Origin: Eledone cirrhosa
Taxonomy: Eukaryota
Reading direction: 5' to 3'
Length of the DNA stretch: 64,000 nucleotides
NCBI GenBank assembly: GCA_964016885.1
Contig: OZ024743.1
Location: forward strand, 107,384,001-107,448,000
Part shown: positions 31,701-47,639 of the stretch, piece after piece
Numbering within the stretch: the stretch's first letter is position 1
Layout: every line of letters begins with the position of its first letter
Position numbers and translations under genes: made by a program
Notes under the pieces: model-generated
The model's database searches: none
What the model was told of the DNA's origin: nothing
Seen by the model: only the letters and a program-made list of their open reading frames with translations

Positions 31701-34700
31701 CAACAACAGTAACAACACCAACCCCCAGCACAACCAGCATCAACAACAGTAACAACACCAACTCCCAGCACAACCAGCATTAACAACAGTAACAACACCA
31801 ACTCCCAGCACAACCATCACCAACAACAGTAACAACACCAACCTCCAGCACAACCAGCATCAAGAACAGTAACAACACCAACCCCCAGCACAACCAGCAT
31901 CAACAACAGTAACAACACCAAGCCCCAGCACAACCAGCATCAACAACAGTAACAACACCAACCCCCAGCACAACCATCATCAACAACAGTAACAACACCA
32001 ACCCCCAGGTCAACCAGCATCAACAACAGTAACAACACCAACCCCCAGCACAACCAGCATCAACAACAGTAACAACACCAACCCCCAGCACTACCAGCAT
32101 CAACAACAGTAACAACACCAACCCCCAGCACAACCAGCATCAACAACAGTAACAACACCAACTCCCAGCACAACCAGCATTAACAACAGTAACAACACCA
32201 ACCCCCAGCACAACCATCATCAACAACAGTAACAACACCAACCCCCTGCACAACCAGCACCAACAACAGTAACAACACCAACTCCCAGCACAACCAGCAT
32301 TAACAACAGTAACAACACCAACTCCCAGCACAACCATCATCAACAACAGTAACAACACCAACCCCCAGCACAACCAGCATCAACAACAGTAACAACACCA
32401 ACCCCCAGCACTACCAGCATCAACAACAGTAACAACACCAACCCCCAGCACAACCAGCATCAACAACAGTAACAACACCAACTCCCAGCACAACCAGCAT
32501 TAACAACAGTAACAACACCAACTCCCAGCACAACCATCAACAACAACAGTAACAACACCAACCCCCAGCACAACCAGCATCAACAACAGTAACAACACCA
32601 AACCCCAGCACAACCATCATCAACAACAGTAACATCACCAACACCCAGCACAACCAGCATCAACAACAGTAAAAACACCAACCCCCAGCACAACCATCAT
32701 CAACCTCAGTAACAACACCAACCCCCAGCACAACCATCATCAACAACAGTAACAACACCAACCCCCAGCACAACCAGTATCAACAACAGTAACAACACCA
32801 ACCCCCAGCACAACCAGCATCAACAACAGTAACAACACCAACCCCCAGCACAACCAGCATCAACAACAGTAAAAACACCAACCCCAGCACAACCATCATC
32901 AACATCAGTAACAACACCAACCCCCAGCACAACCATCATCAACAACAGTAACAACACCAACCCCCAGCACAACCAGTATCAACAACAGTAACAACACCAA
33001 CCCCAAGCACAACCAGCATCAACAACAGTAACAACACCAACCCCCAGCACAACCAGCATCAACAAAAGTAACAACACCAACCCCCAGCACAATCAGCATC
33101 AACAACAGAAACAACACCAACCCCCAGCACAACCAGCATCAACAACAGTAACATCACCAACCCCCAGCACAACCGTCATCAACAACAGTAACAACACCAA
33201 GCCCCAGTACTACCAGCATCAACAACAGTAACAACACCAAGCCCCAGTACTACCAGCATCAACATCAGTAACATCACCAACCCCCAGCACAACCGGCATC
33301 AACAACAGTAACATCACCAACCCCCACCACAACCAGCATCAACAACAGTAACATCACCAACCCCCAGCACAACCAGCATCAACAACAGTAACAACACCAA
33401 CCCCCAGCACAACCAGCATCAACATCAGTAACAACACCAACCCCAGCACAACCAGCATCAACAACAGTAACATCACCAACCCCCAGCATAACCAGCATCA
33501 ACAACAGTAACAACACCAACCCCAGCACAATCAGCATCAACAACAGTAACAACACCAACCCCCAGCACAACCAGCATCAACAACAGTAACAGCACCCACC
33601 CCCAGCACTACCAGCATCAACAACAGTAACAGCACCAACCCCCAGCACAATCAGTATCAACAACAGTAACAACACCAACCCCAGCACAATCAGCATCAAC
33701 AACAGTAACAACACCAACCCCAGCACAACCAGCATCAACAACAGTAACATCACCAACCCCCAGCACAATCAGCATCAACAACAGTAACAACACCAACCCC
33801 AGCACAATCAGCATCAACAACAGTAACAACACCAACCCCAGCACAATCAGCATTAACAACAGTAACAACACCAACTCCCAGCACAACCAGCATTAACAAC
33901 AGTAACAACACCAACTCTCAGCACAACCAGCATCAACAACAGCAACAACACCAACCCCAGCACAATCGGCATCAACAACAGTAACACTACCAACCCCCAG
34001 GACTACCAGCATCAACAACAGTAACACCACCAACCCCAGCACAATCAGCATCAACAACAGTAACAACACCAACCGCAGCACAATCAGCATCAACAACAGT
34101 AACATCACCAACCCCCAGCACATCCAGCATCAACAACAGTAACATCATCAACCCCCAGCACAACCAGCATCAAAAACAGTAACAACACCAACCCCCAGCA
34201 CTACCAGCATCAACAACAGTAACAACACCAACCCCCAGCACTACCAGCATCAACAACAGTAACAACACCAAGCCCCAGCACAACCAGCATCAACCACAGT
34301 AACAACACCAACCCCCAGCACTACCAGCATCAACAACAGTATCAACACCAACCCCCAGCACTACCAGCATCAACAACAGTAACATCACCAATCCCCAGCA
34401 CAACCAGCATCAACAACAGTAACAACACCAACCCCCAGCACTACCAGCTTCAACAACAGTAACAACACCAAGCCCCAGCACAACCAGCATCAACAACAGT
34501 AACAACACCAACCCCCAGCACTACCAGCATCAACAACAGTATCAACACCAACCCCCAGCACTACCAGCATCAACAACAGTAACATCACCAACCCCCAGCA
34601 CAACCAGCATCAACAACAGTAACAACACCAACCCCCAGCACTACCAGCATCAACAACAGTAACATCACCAATCCCCAGCACAACCATCACCAACAACAGT

Positions 34701-35900
34701 AACAACACCAACCCCCAGCACTACCAGCATCAACAACAGTAACATCACCAATCCCCAGCACAACCAGCATCAACAACAGTAACAACACCAACCCCCAGCA
34801 CAACCAGCATCAAGAACAGTAACAACACCAACCCCCAGCACAACCAGCATCAACAACAGTAACAACACCAAGCCCCAGCACAACCAGCATCAACAACAGT
34901 AACAACACCAACCCCCAGCACAACCATCATCAACAACAGTAACAACACCAACCCCCAGGTCAACCAGCATCAACAACAGTAACAACACCAACCCCCAGCA
35001 CAACCAGCATCAACAACAGTAACAACACCAACCCCCAGCACTACCAGCATCAACAACAGTAACAACACCAACCCCCAGCACAACCAGCATCAACAACAGT
35101 AACAACACCAACTCCCAGCACAACCAGCATTAACAACAGTAACAACACCAACCCCCAGCACAACCATCATCAACAACAGTAACAACACCAACCCCCTGCA
35201 CAACCAGCACCAACAACAGTAACAACACCAACCCCCAGCACAACCATCATCAACAACAGTAACAACACCAACCCCCAGCACAACCAGCATCAACAACAGT
35301 AACAACACCAACTCCCAGCACAACCAGCATTAACAACAGTAACAACACCAACTCCCAGCACAACCATCATCAACAACAGTAACAACACCAACCCCCAGCA
35401 CAACCAGCATCAACAACAGTAACAACACCAACCCCCAGCACTACCAGCATCAACAACAGTAACAACACCAACCCCCAGCACAACCAGCATCAACAACAGT
35501 AACAACACCAACTCCCAGCACAACCAGCATTAACAACAGTAACAACACCAACTCCCAGCACAACCATCAACAACAACAGTAACAACACCAACCCCCAGCA
35601 CAACCAGCATCAACAACAGTAACAACACCAAACCCCAGCACAACCATCATCAACAACAGTAACATCACCAACACCCAGCACAACCAGCATCAACAACAGT
35701 AAAAACACCAACCCCCAGCACAACCATCATCAACCTCAGTAACAACACCAACCCCCAGCACAACCATCATCAACAACAGTAACAACACCAACCCCCAGCA
35801 CAACCAGTATCAACAACAGTAACAACACCAACCCCCAGCACAACCAGCATCAACAACAGTAACAACACCAACCCCCAGCACAACCAGCATCAACAACAGT
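26620..35900. repeat. Three related copies of a higher-order unit of about 3.1-3.2 kb
   Basis: Pseudo-ORF starts at 27081/30269/33379 and 27595/30783/33893 (offsets 3188 and 3110). Shared private variants include AATCGGCATC (about 27666, 30854, 33964) and CCAGGTCAACC (about 28817, 32005, 34955). Confidence 0.88.
28790..29740. repeat. Tandem duplication of a 12-monomer (480-bp) block nested in the larger unit
   Basis: GTCAACCAGC at 28821 and 29301; CCCCTGCACAACCAGCACC at about 29055 and 29535; pseudo-ORFs at 28952 and 29432. Confidence 0.85.
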
Positions 35901-38900
35901 AAAAACACCAACCCCAGCACAACCATCATCAACATCAGTAACAACACCAACCCCCAGCACAACCATCATCAACAACAGTAACAACACCAACCCCCAGCAC
36001 AACCAGTATCAACAACAGTAACAACACCAACCCCAAGCACAACCAGCATCAACAACAGTAACAACACCAACCCCCAGCACAACCAGCATCAACAACAGTA
36101 ACAACACCAACCCCCAGCACAATCAGCATCAACAACAGAAACAACACCAACCCCCAGCACAACCAGCATCAACAACAGTAACATCACCAACCCCCAGCAC
36201 AACCGGCATCAACAACAGTAACAACACCAACCCCAGCACAATCAGCATCAACAACAGTAACAACACCAACCCCAGCACAATCAGCATCAACAACAGTAAC
36301 ACCACCAACCCCCAGCACAACCAGCATCAACAACAGTAACATCACCAACCCCCAGCACAACCAGCATCAACAACAGTAACAACACCAACCCCAGCACAAT
36401 CAGCATCAACAACCGAAACAACACCAAACCCCAGCACAACCAGCATCGACAACAGTAACAACACCAAGCCCCAGCACTACCAGCATCAACAACAGTAACA
36501 ACACCAAGCCCCAGTACTACCAGCATCAACAACAGTAACAACACCAAGCCCCAGTACTACCAGCATCAACATTAGTAACATCACCAACCCCCAGCACAAC
36601 CGGCATCAACAACAGTAACATCACCAACCCCCACCACAACCAGCATCAACAACAGTAACATCACCAACCCCCAGCACAACCAGCATCAACAACAGTAACA
36701 ACACCAACCCCCAGCATAACCAGCATCAACAACAGTAACAACACCAACCCCAGCACCATCAGCATCAACAACAGTAACAACACCAACCCCCAGCACAACC
36801 AGCATCAACAACAGTAACAGCACCAACCCCCAGCACAACCAGCATCAACAACAGTAACAGCACCAACCCCCAGCACAATCAGCATCAACAACAGTAACAA
36901 CACCAACCCCCAGCACAACCAGCATCAACAACAGTAACAGCACCAACCCCCAGCACAACCAGCATCAACAACAGTAACAGCACCAACCCCCAGCACAATC
37001 AGCATCAACAAGAGTAACAACACCAACCCCCAGCACTACCAGCATCAACAACAGTAACAGCACCAACCCCCAGCACAATCAGCATCAACAACAGTAACAA
37101 CACCAACCCCAGCACAATCAGCATCAACAACAGTAACAACACCAACCCCAGCACAACCAGCATCAACAACAGTAACATCACCAACCCCCAGCACAATCAG
37201 CATCAACAACAGTAACAACACCCACCCCAGCACAATCAGCATCAACAACAGTAACAACACCAACCCCAGCACAATCAGCATTAACAACAGTAACAACACC
37301 AACCCCCTGCACAACCAGCACCAACAACAGTAACAACACCAACCCCCAGCACAACCATCATCAACAACAGTAACAACACCAACCCCCAGCACAACCAGCA
37401 TCAACAACAGTAACAACACCAACTCCCAGCACAACCAGCATTAACAACAGTAACAACACCAACTCCCAGCACAACCATCATCAACAACAGTAACAACACC
37501 AACCCCCAGCACAACCAGCATCAACAACAGTAACAACACCAACCCCCAGCACTACCAGCATCAACAACAGTAACAACACCAACCCCCAGCACAACCAGCA
37601 TCAACAACAGTAACAACACCAACTCCCAGCACAACCAGCATTAACAACAGTAACAACACCAACTCCCAGCACAACCATCAACAACAACAGTAACAACACC
37701 AACCCCCAGCACAACCAGCATCAACAACAGTAACAACACCAAACCCCAGCACAACCATCATCAACAACAGTAACATCACCAACACCCAGCACAACCAGCA
37801 TCAACAACAGTAAAAACACCAACCCCCAGCACAACCATCATCAACATCAGTAACAACACCAACCCCCAGCACAACCATCATCAACAACAGTAACAACACC
37901 AACCCCCAGCACAACCAGTATCAACAACAGTAACAACACCAACCCCCAGCACAACCAGCATCAACAACAGTAACAACACCAACCCCCAGCACAACCAGCA
38001 TCAACAACAGTAAAAACACCAACCCCAGCACAACCATCATCAACATCAGTAACAACACCAACCCCCAGCACAACCATCATCAACAACAGTAACAACACCA
38101 ACCCCCAGCACAACCAGTATCAACAACAGTAACAACACCAACCCCAAGCACAACCAGCATCAACAACAGTAACAACACCAACCCCCAGCACAACCAGCAT
38201 CAACAACAGTAACAACACCAACCCCCAGCACAATCAGCATCAACAACAGAAACAACACCAACCCCCAGCACAACCAGCATCAACAACAGTAACATCACCA
38301 ACCCCCAGCACAACCGGCATCAACAACAGTAACAACACCAACCCCAGCACAATCAGCATCAACAACAGTAACAACACCAACCCCAGCACAATCAGCATCA
38401 ACAACAGTAACACCACCAACCCCCAGCACAACCAGCATCAACAACAGTAACATCACCAACCCCCAGCACAACCAGCATCAACAACAGTAACAACACCAAC
38501 CCCAGCACAATCAGCATCAACAACCGAAACAACACCAAACCCCAGCACAACCAGCATCGACAACAGTAACAACACCAAGCCCCAGCACTACCAGCATCAA
38601 CAACAGTAACAACACCAAGCCCCAGTACTACCAGCATCAACAACAGTAACAACACCAAGCCCCAGTACTACCAGCATCAACATTAGTAACATCACCAACC
38701 CCCAGCACAACCGGCATCAACAACAGTAACATCACCAACCCCCACCACAACCAGCATCAACAACAGTAACATCACCAACCCCCAGCACAACCAGTATCAA
38801 CAACAGTAACAACACCAACCCCCAGCACAACCAGCATCAACATCAGTAACAACACCAACCCCAGCACAACCAGCATCAACAACAGTAACATCACCAACCC

Positions 38901-41900
38901 CCAGCATAACCAGCATCAACAACAGTAACAACACCAACCCCAGCACAATCAGCATCAACAACAGTAACAACACCAACCCCCAGCACAACCAGCATCAACA
39001 ACAGTAACAGCACCAACCCCCAGCACAACCAGCATCAACAACAGTAACAGCACCAACCCCCAGCACAATCAGCATCAACAACAGTAACAACACCAACCCC
39101 CAGCACAACCATCATCAACAACAGTAACAACACCAACCCCCAGCACAACCAGTATCAACAACAGTAACAACACCAACCCCCAGCACAACCAGCATCAACA
39201 ACAGTAACAACACCAACCCCCAGCACAACCAGCATCAACAACAGTAAAAACACCAACCCCAGCACAACCATCATCAACATCAGTAACAACACCAACCCCC
39301 AGCACAACCATCATCAACAACAGTAACAACACCAACCCCCAGCACAACCAGTATCAACAACAGTAACAACACCAACCCCAAGCACAACCAGCATCAACAA
39401 CAGTAACAACACCAACCCCCAGCACAACCAGCATCAACAACAGTAACAACACCAACCCCCAGCACAATCAGCATCAACAACAGAAACAACACCAACCCCC
39501 AGCACAACCAGCATCAACAACAGTAACATCACCAACCCCCAGCACAACCGGCATCAACAACAGTAACAACACCAACCCCAGCACAATCAGCATCAACAAC
39601 AGTAACAACACCAACCCCAGCACAATCAGCATCAACAACAGTAACACCACCAACCCCCAGCACAACCAGCATCAACAACAGTAACATCACCAACCCCCAG
39701 CACAACCAGCATCAACAACAGTAACAACACCAACCCCAGCACAATCAGCATCAACAACCGAAACAACACCAAACCCCAGCACAACCAGCATCGACAACAG
39801 TAACAACACCAAGCCCCAGCACTACCAGCATCAACAACAGTAACAACACCAAGCCCCAGTACTACCAGCATCAACAACAGTAACAACACCAAGCCCCAGT
39901 ACTACCAGCATCAACATTAGTAACATCACCAACCCCCAGCACAACCGGCATCAACAACAGTAACATCACCAACCCCCACCACAACCAGCATCAACAACAG
40001 TAACATCACCAACCCCCAGCACAACCAGCATCAACAACAGTAACAACACCAACCCCCAGCACAACCAGCATCAACATCAGTAACAACACCAACCCCAGCA
40101 CAACCAGCATCAACAACAGTAACATCACCAACCCCCAGCATAACCAGCATCAACAACAGTAACAACACCAACCCCAGCACAATCAGCATCAACAACAGTA
40201 ACAACACCAACCCCCAGCACAACCAGCATCAACAACAGTAACAGCACCAACCCCCAGCACAACCAGCATCAACAACAGTAACAGCACCAACCCCCAGCAC
40301 AATCAGCATCAACAACAGTAACAACACCAACCCCCAGCACAACCAGCATCAACAACAGTAACAGCACCAACCCCCAGCACAACCAGCATCAACAACAGTT
40401 ACAGCACCAACCCCCAGCACAATCAGCATCAACAAGAGTAACAACACCAACCCCCAGCACTACCAGCATCAACAACAGTAACAGCACCAACCCCCAGCAC
40501 AATCAGCATCAACAACAGTAACAACACCAACCCCAGCACAATCAGCATCAACAACAGTAACAACACCAACCCCAGCACAACCAGCATCAACAACAGTAAC
40601 ATCACCAACCCCCAGCACAATCAGCATCAACAACAGTAACAACACCCACCCCAGCACAATCAGCATCAACAACAGTAACAACACCAACCCCAGCACAATC
40701 AGCATTAACAACAGTAACAACACGAACCCCAGCACAATCAGCATCAACAACAGTAACAACACCATCCCCAGCACAATCAGCATCAACAACAGTAACAACA
40801 CCAACGCCCAGCACAACCAGCATCAACAACAGTAACAACACCAACACCCAGCACAACCAGCATCAACAACAGTAACAACACCAACCCCCAGCACTACCAG
40901 CATCAACAACAGTAACATCACCAATCCCCAGCACAACCAGCATCAACAACAGTATCAACACCAATCCCCAGCACAACCAGCATCAACAACAGTATCAACA
41001 CCAACTCCCAGCACAGCCATCATCAACAACAGTAACAACACCAACCCCCAGCACTACCAGCATCAACAACAGTAACATCACCAATCCCCAGCACAACCAG
41101 CATCAACAACAGTAACAACACCAATCCCCAGCACTACCAGCTTCAACAACAGTAACAACACCAAGCCCCAGCACAACCAGCATCAACAACAGTAACAACA
41201 CCAACCCCCAGCACTACCAGCATCAACAACAGTATCAACACCAACCCCCAGCACTACCAGCATCAACAACAGTAACATCACCAACCCCCAGCACAACCAG
41301 CATCAACAACAGTAACAACACCAACCCCCAGCACTACCAGCATCAACAACAGTAACATCACCAATCCCCAGCACAACCATCACCAACAACAGTAACAACA
41401 CCAACCCCCAGCACTACCAGCATCAACAACAGTAACATCACCAATCCCCAGCACAACCAGCATCAACAACAGTAACAACACCAACCCCCAGCACAACCAG
41501 CATCAACAACAGTAACAACACCAACCCCCAGCACAACCAGCATCAACAACAGTAACATCACCAATCCCCAGCACAACCAGCATCAACAACAGTAACAACA
41601 CCAACCCCCAGCACAACCAGCATCAACAACAGTAACAACACCAACTCCCAGCACAACCAGCATTAACAACAGTAACAACACCAACTCCCAGCACAACCAT
41701 CACCAACAACAGTAACAACACCAACACCCAGCACAACCAGCATCAACAACAGTAACAACACCAACCCCCAGCACTACCAGCATCAACAACAGTAACATCA
41801 CCAATCCCCAGCACAACCAGCATCAACAACAGTATCAACACCAACTCCCAGCACAACCATCATCAACAACAGTAACAACACCAACCCCCAGCACTACCAG

Positions 41901-44900
41901 CATCAACAACAGTAACATCACCAATCCCCAGCACAACCAGCATCAACAACAGTAACAACACCAAACCCCAGCACTACCAGCTTCAACAACAGTAACAACA
42001 CCAAGCCCCAGCACAACCAGCATCAACAACAGTAACAACACCAACCCCCAGCACTACCAGCATCAACAACAGTATCAACACCAACCCCCAGCACTACCAG
42101 CATCAACAACAGTAACATCACCAACCCCCAGCACAACCAGCATCAACAACAGTAACAACACCAACCCCCAGCACTACCAGCATCAACAACAGTAACATCA
42201 CCAATCCCCAGCACAACCATCACCAACAACAGTAACAACACCAACCCCCAGCACTACCAGCATCAACAACAGTAACATCACCAATCCCCAGCACAACCAG
42301 CATCAACAACAGTAACAACACCAACCCCCAGCACAACCAGCATCAACAACAGTAACAACACCAACTCCCAGCACAACCAGCATTAACAACAGTAACAACA
42401 CCAACTCCCAGCACAACCATCACCAACAACAGTAACAACACCAACCCCCAGCACAACCAGCATCAAGAACAGTAACAACACCAACCCCCAGCACAACCAG
42501 CATCAACAACAGTAACAACACCAACCCCCAGCACAACCAGCATCAAGAACAGTAACAACACCAAGCCCCAGCACAACCAGCATCAACAACAGTAACAACA
42601 CCAACCCCCAGCACAACCAGCATCAACAACAGTAACAACACCAACTCCCAGCACAACCAGCATTAACAACAGTAACAACACCAACTCCCAGCACAACCAT
42701 CACCAACAACAGTAACAACACCAACTCCCAGCACAACCAGCATTAACAACAGTAACAACACCAACCCCCAGCACAACCATCATCAACAACAGTAACAACA
42801 CCAACCCCCTGCACAACCAGCACCAACAACAGTAACAACACCAACCCCCAGCACAACCATCATCAACAACAGTAACAACACCAACCCCCAGCACAACCAG
42901 CATCAACAACAGTAACAACACCAACTCCCAGCACAACCAGCATTAACAACAGTAACAACACCAACTCCCAGCACAACCATCATCAACAACAGTAACAACA
43001 CCAACCCCCAGCACAACCAGCATCAACAACAGTAACAACACCAACCCCCAGCACTACCAGCATCAACAACAGTAACAACACCAACCCCCAGCACAACCAG
43101 CATCAACAACAGTAACAACACCAACTCCCAGCACAACCAGCATTAACAACAGTAACAACACCAACTCCCAGCACAACCATCAACAACAACAGTAACAACA
43201 CCAACCCCCAGCACAACCAGCATCAACAACAGTAACAACACCAAACCCCAGCACAACCATCATCAACAACAGTAACATCACCAACACCCAGCACAACCAG
43301 CATCAACAACAGTAAAAACACCAACCCCCAGCACAACCATCATCAACATCAGTAACAACACCAACCCCCAGCACAACCATCATCAACAACAGTAACAACA
43401 CCAACCCCCAGCACAACCAGTATCAACAACAGTAACAACACCAACCCCAAGCACAACCAGCATCAACAACAGTAACAACACCAACCCCCAGCACAACCAG
43501 CATCAACAACAGTAACAACACCAACCCCCAGCACAATCAGCATCAATAACAGAAACAACACCAACCCCCAGCACAACCAGCATCAACAACAGTAACATCA
43601 CCAACCCCCAGCACAACCGGCATCAACAACAGTAATAACACCAACCCCAGCACAATCAGCATCAACAACAGTAACAACACCAACCCCAGCACAATCAGCA
43701 TCAACAACAGTAACACCACCAACCCCCAGCACAACCAGCATCAACAACAGTAACATCACCAACCCCCAGCACAACCAGCATCAACAACAGTAACAACACC
43801 AACCCCAGCACAATCAGCATCAACAACCGAAACAACACCAAACCCCAGCACAACCAGCATCGACAACAGTAACAACACCAAGCCCCAGCACTACCAGCAT
43901 CAACAACAGTAACAACACCAAGCCCCAGTACTACCAGCATCAACAACAGTAACAACACCAAGCCCCAGTACTACCAGCATCAACATTAGTAACATCACCA
44001 ACCCCCAGCACAACCGGCATCAACAACAGTAACATCACCAACCCCCACCACAACCAGCATCAACAACAGTAACATCACCAACCCCCAGCACAACCAGCAT
44101 CAACAACAGTAACAACACCAACCCCCAGCACAACCAGCATCAACATCAGTAACAACACCAACCCCAGCACAACCAGCATCAACAACAGTAACATCACCAA
44201 CCCCCAGCATAACCAGCATCAACAACAGTAACAACACCAACCCCAGCACAATCAGCATCAACAACAGTAACAACACCAACCCCCAGCACAACCAGCATCA
44301 ACAACAGTAACAGCACCAACCCCCAGCACAACCAGCATCAACAACAGTAACAGCACCAACCCCCAGCACAATCAGCATCAACAACAGTAACAACACCAAC
44401 CCCCAGCACAACCAGCATCAACAACAGTAACAGCACCAACCCCCAGCACAACCAGCATCAACAACAGTAACAGCACCAACCCCCAGCACAATCAGCATCA
44501 ACAAGAGAAACAACACCAACCCCCAGCACTACCAGCATCAACAACAGTAACAGCACCAACCCCCAGCACAATCAGCATCAACAACAGTAACAACACCAAC
44601 CCCAGCACAATCAGCATCAACAACAGTAACAACACCAACCCCAGCACAACCAGCATCAACAACAGTAACATCACCAACCCCCAGCACAATCAGCATCAAC
44701 AACAGTAACAACACCCACCCCAGCACAATCAGCATCAACAACAGTAACAACACCAACCCCAGCACAATCAGCATTAACAACAGTAACAACACCAACCCCC
44801 TGCACAACCAGCACCAACAACAGTAACAACACCAACCCCCAGCACAACCATCATCAACAACAGTAACAACACCAACCCCCAGCACAACCAGCATCAACAA

Positions 44901-46550
44901 CAGTAACAACACCAACTCCCAGCACAACCAGCATTAACAACAGTAACAACACCAACTCCCAGCACAACCATCATCAACAACAGTAACAACACCAACCCCC
45001 AGCACAACCAGCATCAACAACAGTAACAACACCAACCCCCACCACTACCAGCATCAACAACAGTAACAACACCAACCCCCAGCACAACCAGCATCAACAA
45101 CAGTAACAACACCAACTCCCAGCACAACCAGCATTAACAACAGTAACAACACCAACTCCCAGCACAACCATCAACAACAACAGTAACAACACCAACCCCC
45201 AGCACAACCAGCATCAACAACAGTAACAACACCAAACCCCAGCACAACCATCATCAACAACAGTAACATCACCAACACCCAGCACAACCAGCATCAACAA
45301 CAGTAAAAACACCAACCCCCAGCACAACCATCATCAACACCAGTAACAACACCAACCCCCAGCACAACCATCATCAACAACAGTAACAACACCAACCCCC
45401 AGCACAACCAGTATCAACAACAGTAACAACACCAACCCCCAGCACAACCAGCATCAACAACAGTAACAACACCAACCCCCAGCACCACCAGCATCAACAA
45501 CAGTAAAAACACCAACCCCAGCACAACCATCATCAACATCAGTAACAACACCAACCCCCAGCACAACCATCATCAACAACAGTAACAACACCAACCCCCA
45601 GCACAACCAGTATCAACAACAGTAACAACACCAACCCCAAGCACAACCAGCATCAACAACAGTAACAACACCAACCCCCAGCACAACCAGCATCAACAAC
45701 AGTAACAACACCAACCCCCAGCACAATCAGCATCAACAACAGAAACAACACCAACCCCCAGCACAACCAGCATCAACAACAGTAACATCACCAACCCCCA
45801 GCACAACCGGCATCAACAACAGTAACAACACCAACCCCAGCACAATCAGCATCAACAACAGTAACAACACCAACCCCAGCACAATCAGCATCAACAACAG
45901 TAACACCACCAACCCCCAGCACAACCAGCATCAACAACAGTAACATCACCAACCCCCAGCATAACCAGCATCAACAACAGTAACAACACCAACCCCAGCA
46001 CAATCAGCATCAACAACCGAAACAACACCAAACCCCAGCACAACCAGCATCGACAACAGTAACAACACCAAGCCCCAGTACTACCAGCATCAACAACAGT
46101 AACAACACCAAGCCCCAGTACTACCAGCATCAACATTAGTAACATCACCAACCCCCAGCACAACCGGCATCAACAACAGTAACATCACCAACCCCCACCA
46201 CAACCAGCATCAACAACAGTAACATCACCAACCCCCAGCACAACCAGCATCAACAACAGTAACAACACCAACCCCCAGCACAACCAGCATCAACATCAGT
46301 AACAACACCAACCCCAGCACAACCAGCATCAACAACAGTAACATCACCAACCCCCAGCATAACCAGCATCAACAACAGTAACAACACCAACCCCAGCACA
46401 ATCAGCATCAACAACAGTAACAACACCAACCCCCAGCACAACCAGCATCAACAACAGTAACAGCACCAACCCCCAGCACAACCAGCATCAACAACAGTAA
46501 CAGCACCAACCCCCAGCACAATCAGCATCAACAACAGTAACAACACCAAC
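35100..46550. repeat. Dispersed duplication of a block of about 3.9 kb, offset about 7.4-7.6 kb (about 35100-39080 vs about 42700-46550)
   Basis: Pseudo-ORF pairs 35090/42700, 36129/43543, 37005/44498, 37045/44538 and 38240/45733. Both copies share the junction CACCCACCCC...CATTAAC...CCCCCTGCAC (about 37220-37310 and 44712-44805). Confidence 0.82.
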
Positions 46551-47639
46551 CCCCAGCACAACCAGCATCAACAACAGTAACAGCACCAACCCCCAGCACA
46601 ACCAGCATCAACAACAGTAACAGCACCAACCCCTAGCACAATCAGCATCAACAAGAGTAACAACACCAACCCCCAGCACTACCAGCATTAACAACAGTAA
46701 CAGCACCAACCCCCAGCACAATCAGCATCAACAACAGTAACAACACCAACCCCAGCACAATCAGCATCAACAACAGTAACAACACCAACCCCAGCACAAC
46801 CAGCATCAACAACAGTAACATCACCAACCCCCAGCACAATCAGCATCAACAACAGTAACAACACCCACCCCAGCACAATCAGCATCAACAACAGTAACAA
46901 CACCAACCCCAGCACAATCAGCATTAACAACAGTAACAACACGAACCCCAGCACAATCAGCATCAACAACAGTAACAACACCATCCCCAGCACAATCAGC
47001 ATCAACAACAGTAACAACACCAACGCCCAGCACAACCAGCATCAACAACAGTAACAACACCAACCCCCAGCACTACCAGCATCAACAACAGTAAAAACAC
47101 CAACCCCCACAACTACCAGCATCAACAACAGTAAAAACACCAACCCCCAGCACGACCAGCATCAACAACAGTAACAACACCAACCCCAGTACAACCAGTA
47201 TCAACAACAGTAACAACACCAACCCCCAGCACAACCAACATCAACAACAGTAACATCACCAACCCCCAGCACAACCAGCATCAACAACAGTAACAACACC
47301 AACCCCCAGCACAACCAGCATCAACAACAGCAACAACACCAACCCCAGCACAATCAGCATCAACAACAGTAACACTACCAACCCCCAGGACTACCAGCAT
47401 CAACAACAGTAACACCACCAACCCCAGCACAATCAGCATCAACAACAGTAACAACACCAACCGCAGCACAATCAGCATCAACAACAGTAACAACACCAAC
47501 CCCCAGCACAACCAGCATCAACAACAGTAACAGCACCAACCCCCAGCACAACCAGCATCAACAACAGTAACAGCACCAACCCCCAGCACAATCAGCATCA
47601 ACAAGAGAAACAACACCAACCCCCAGCACTACCAGCATC

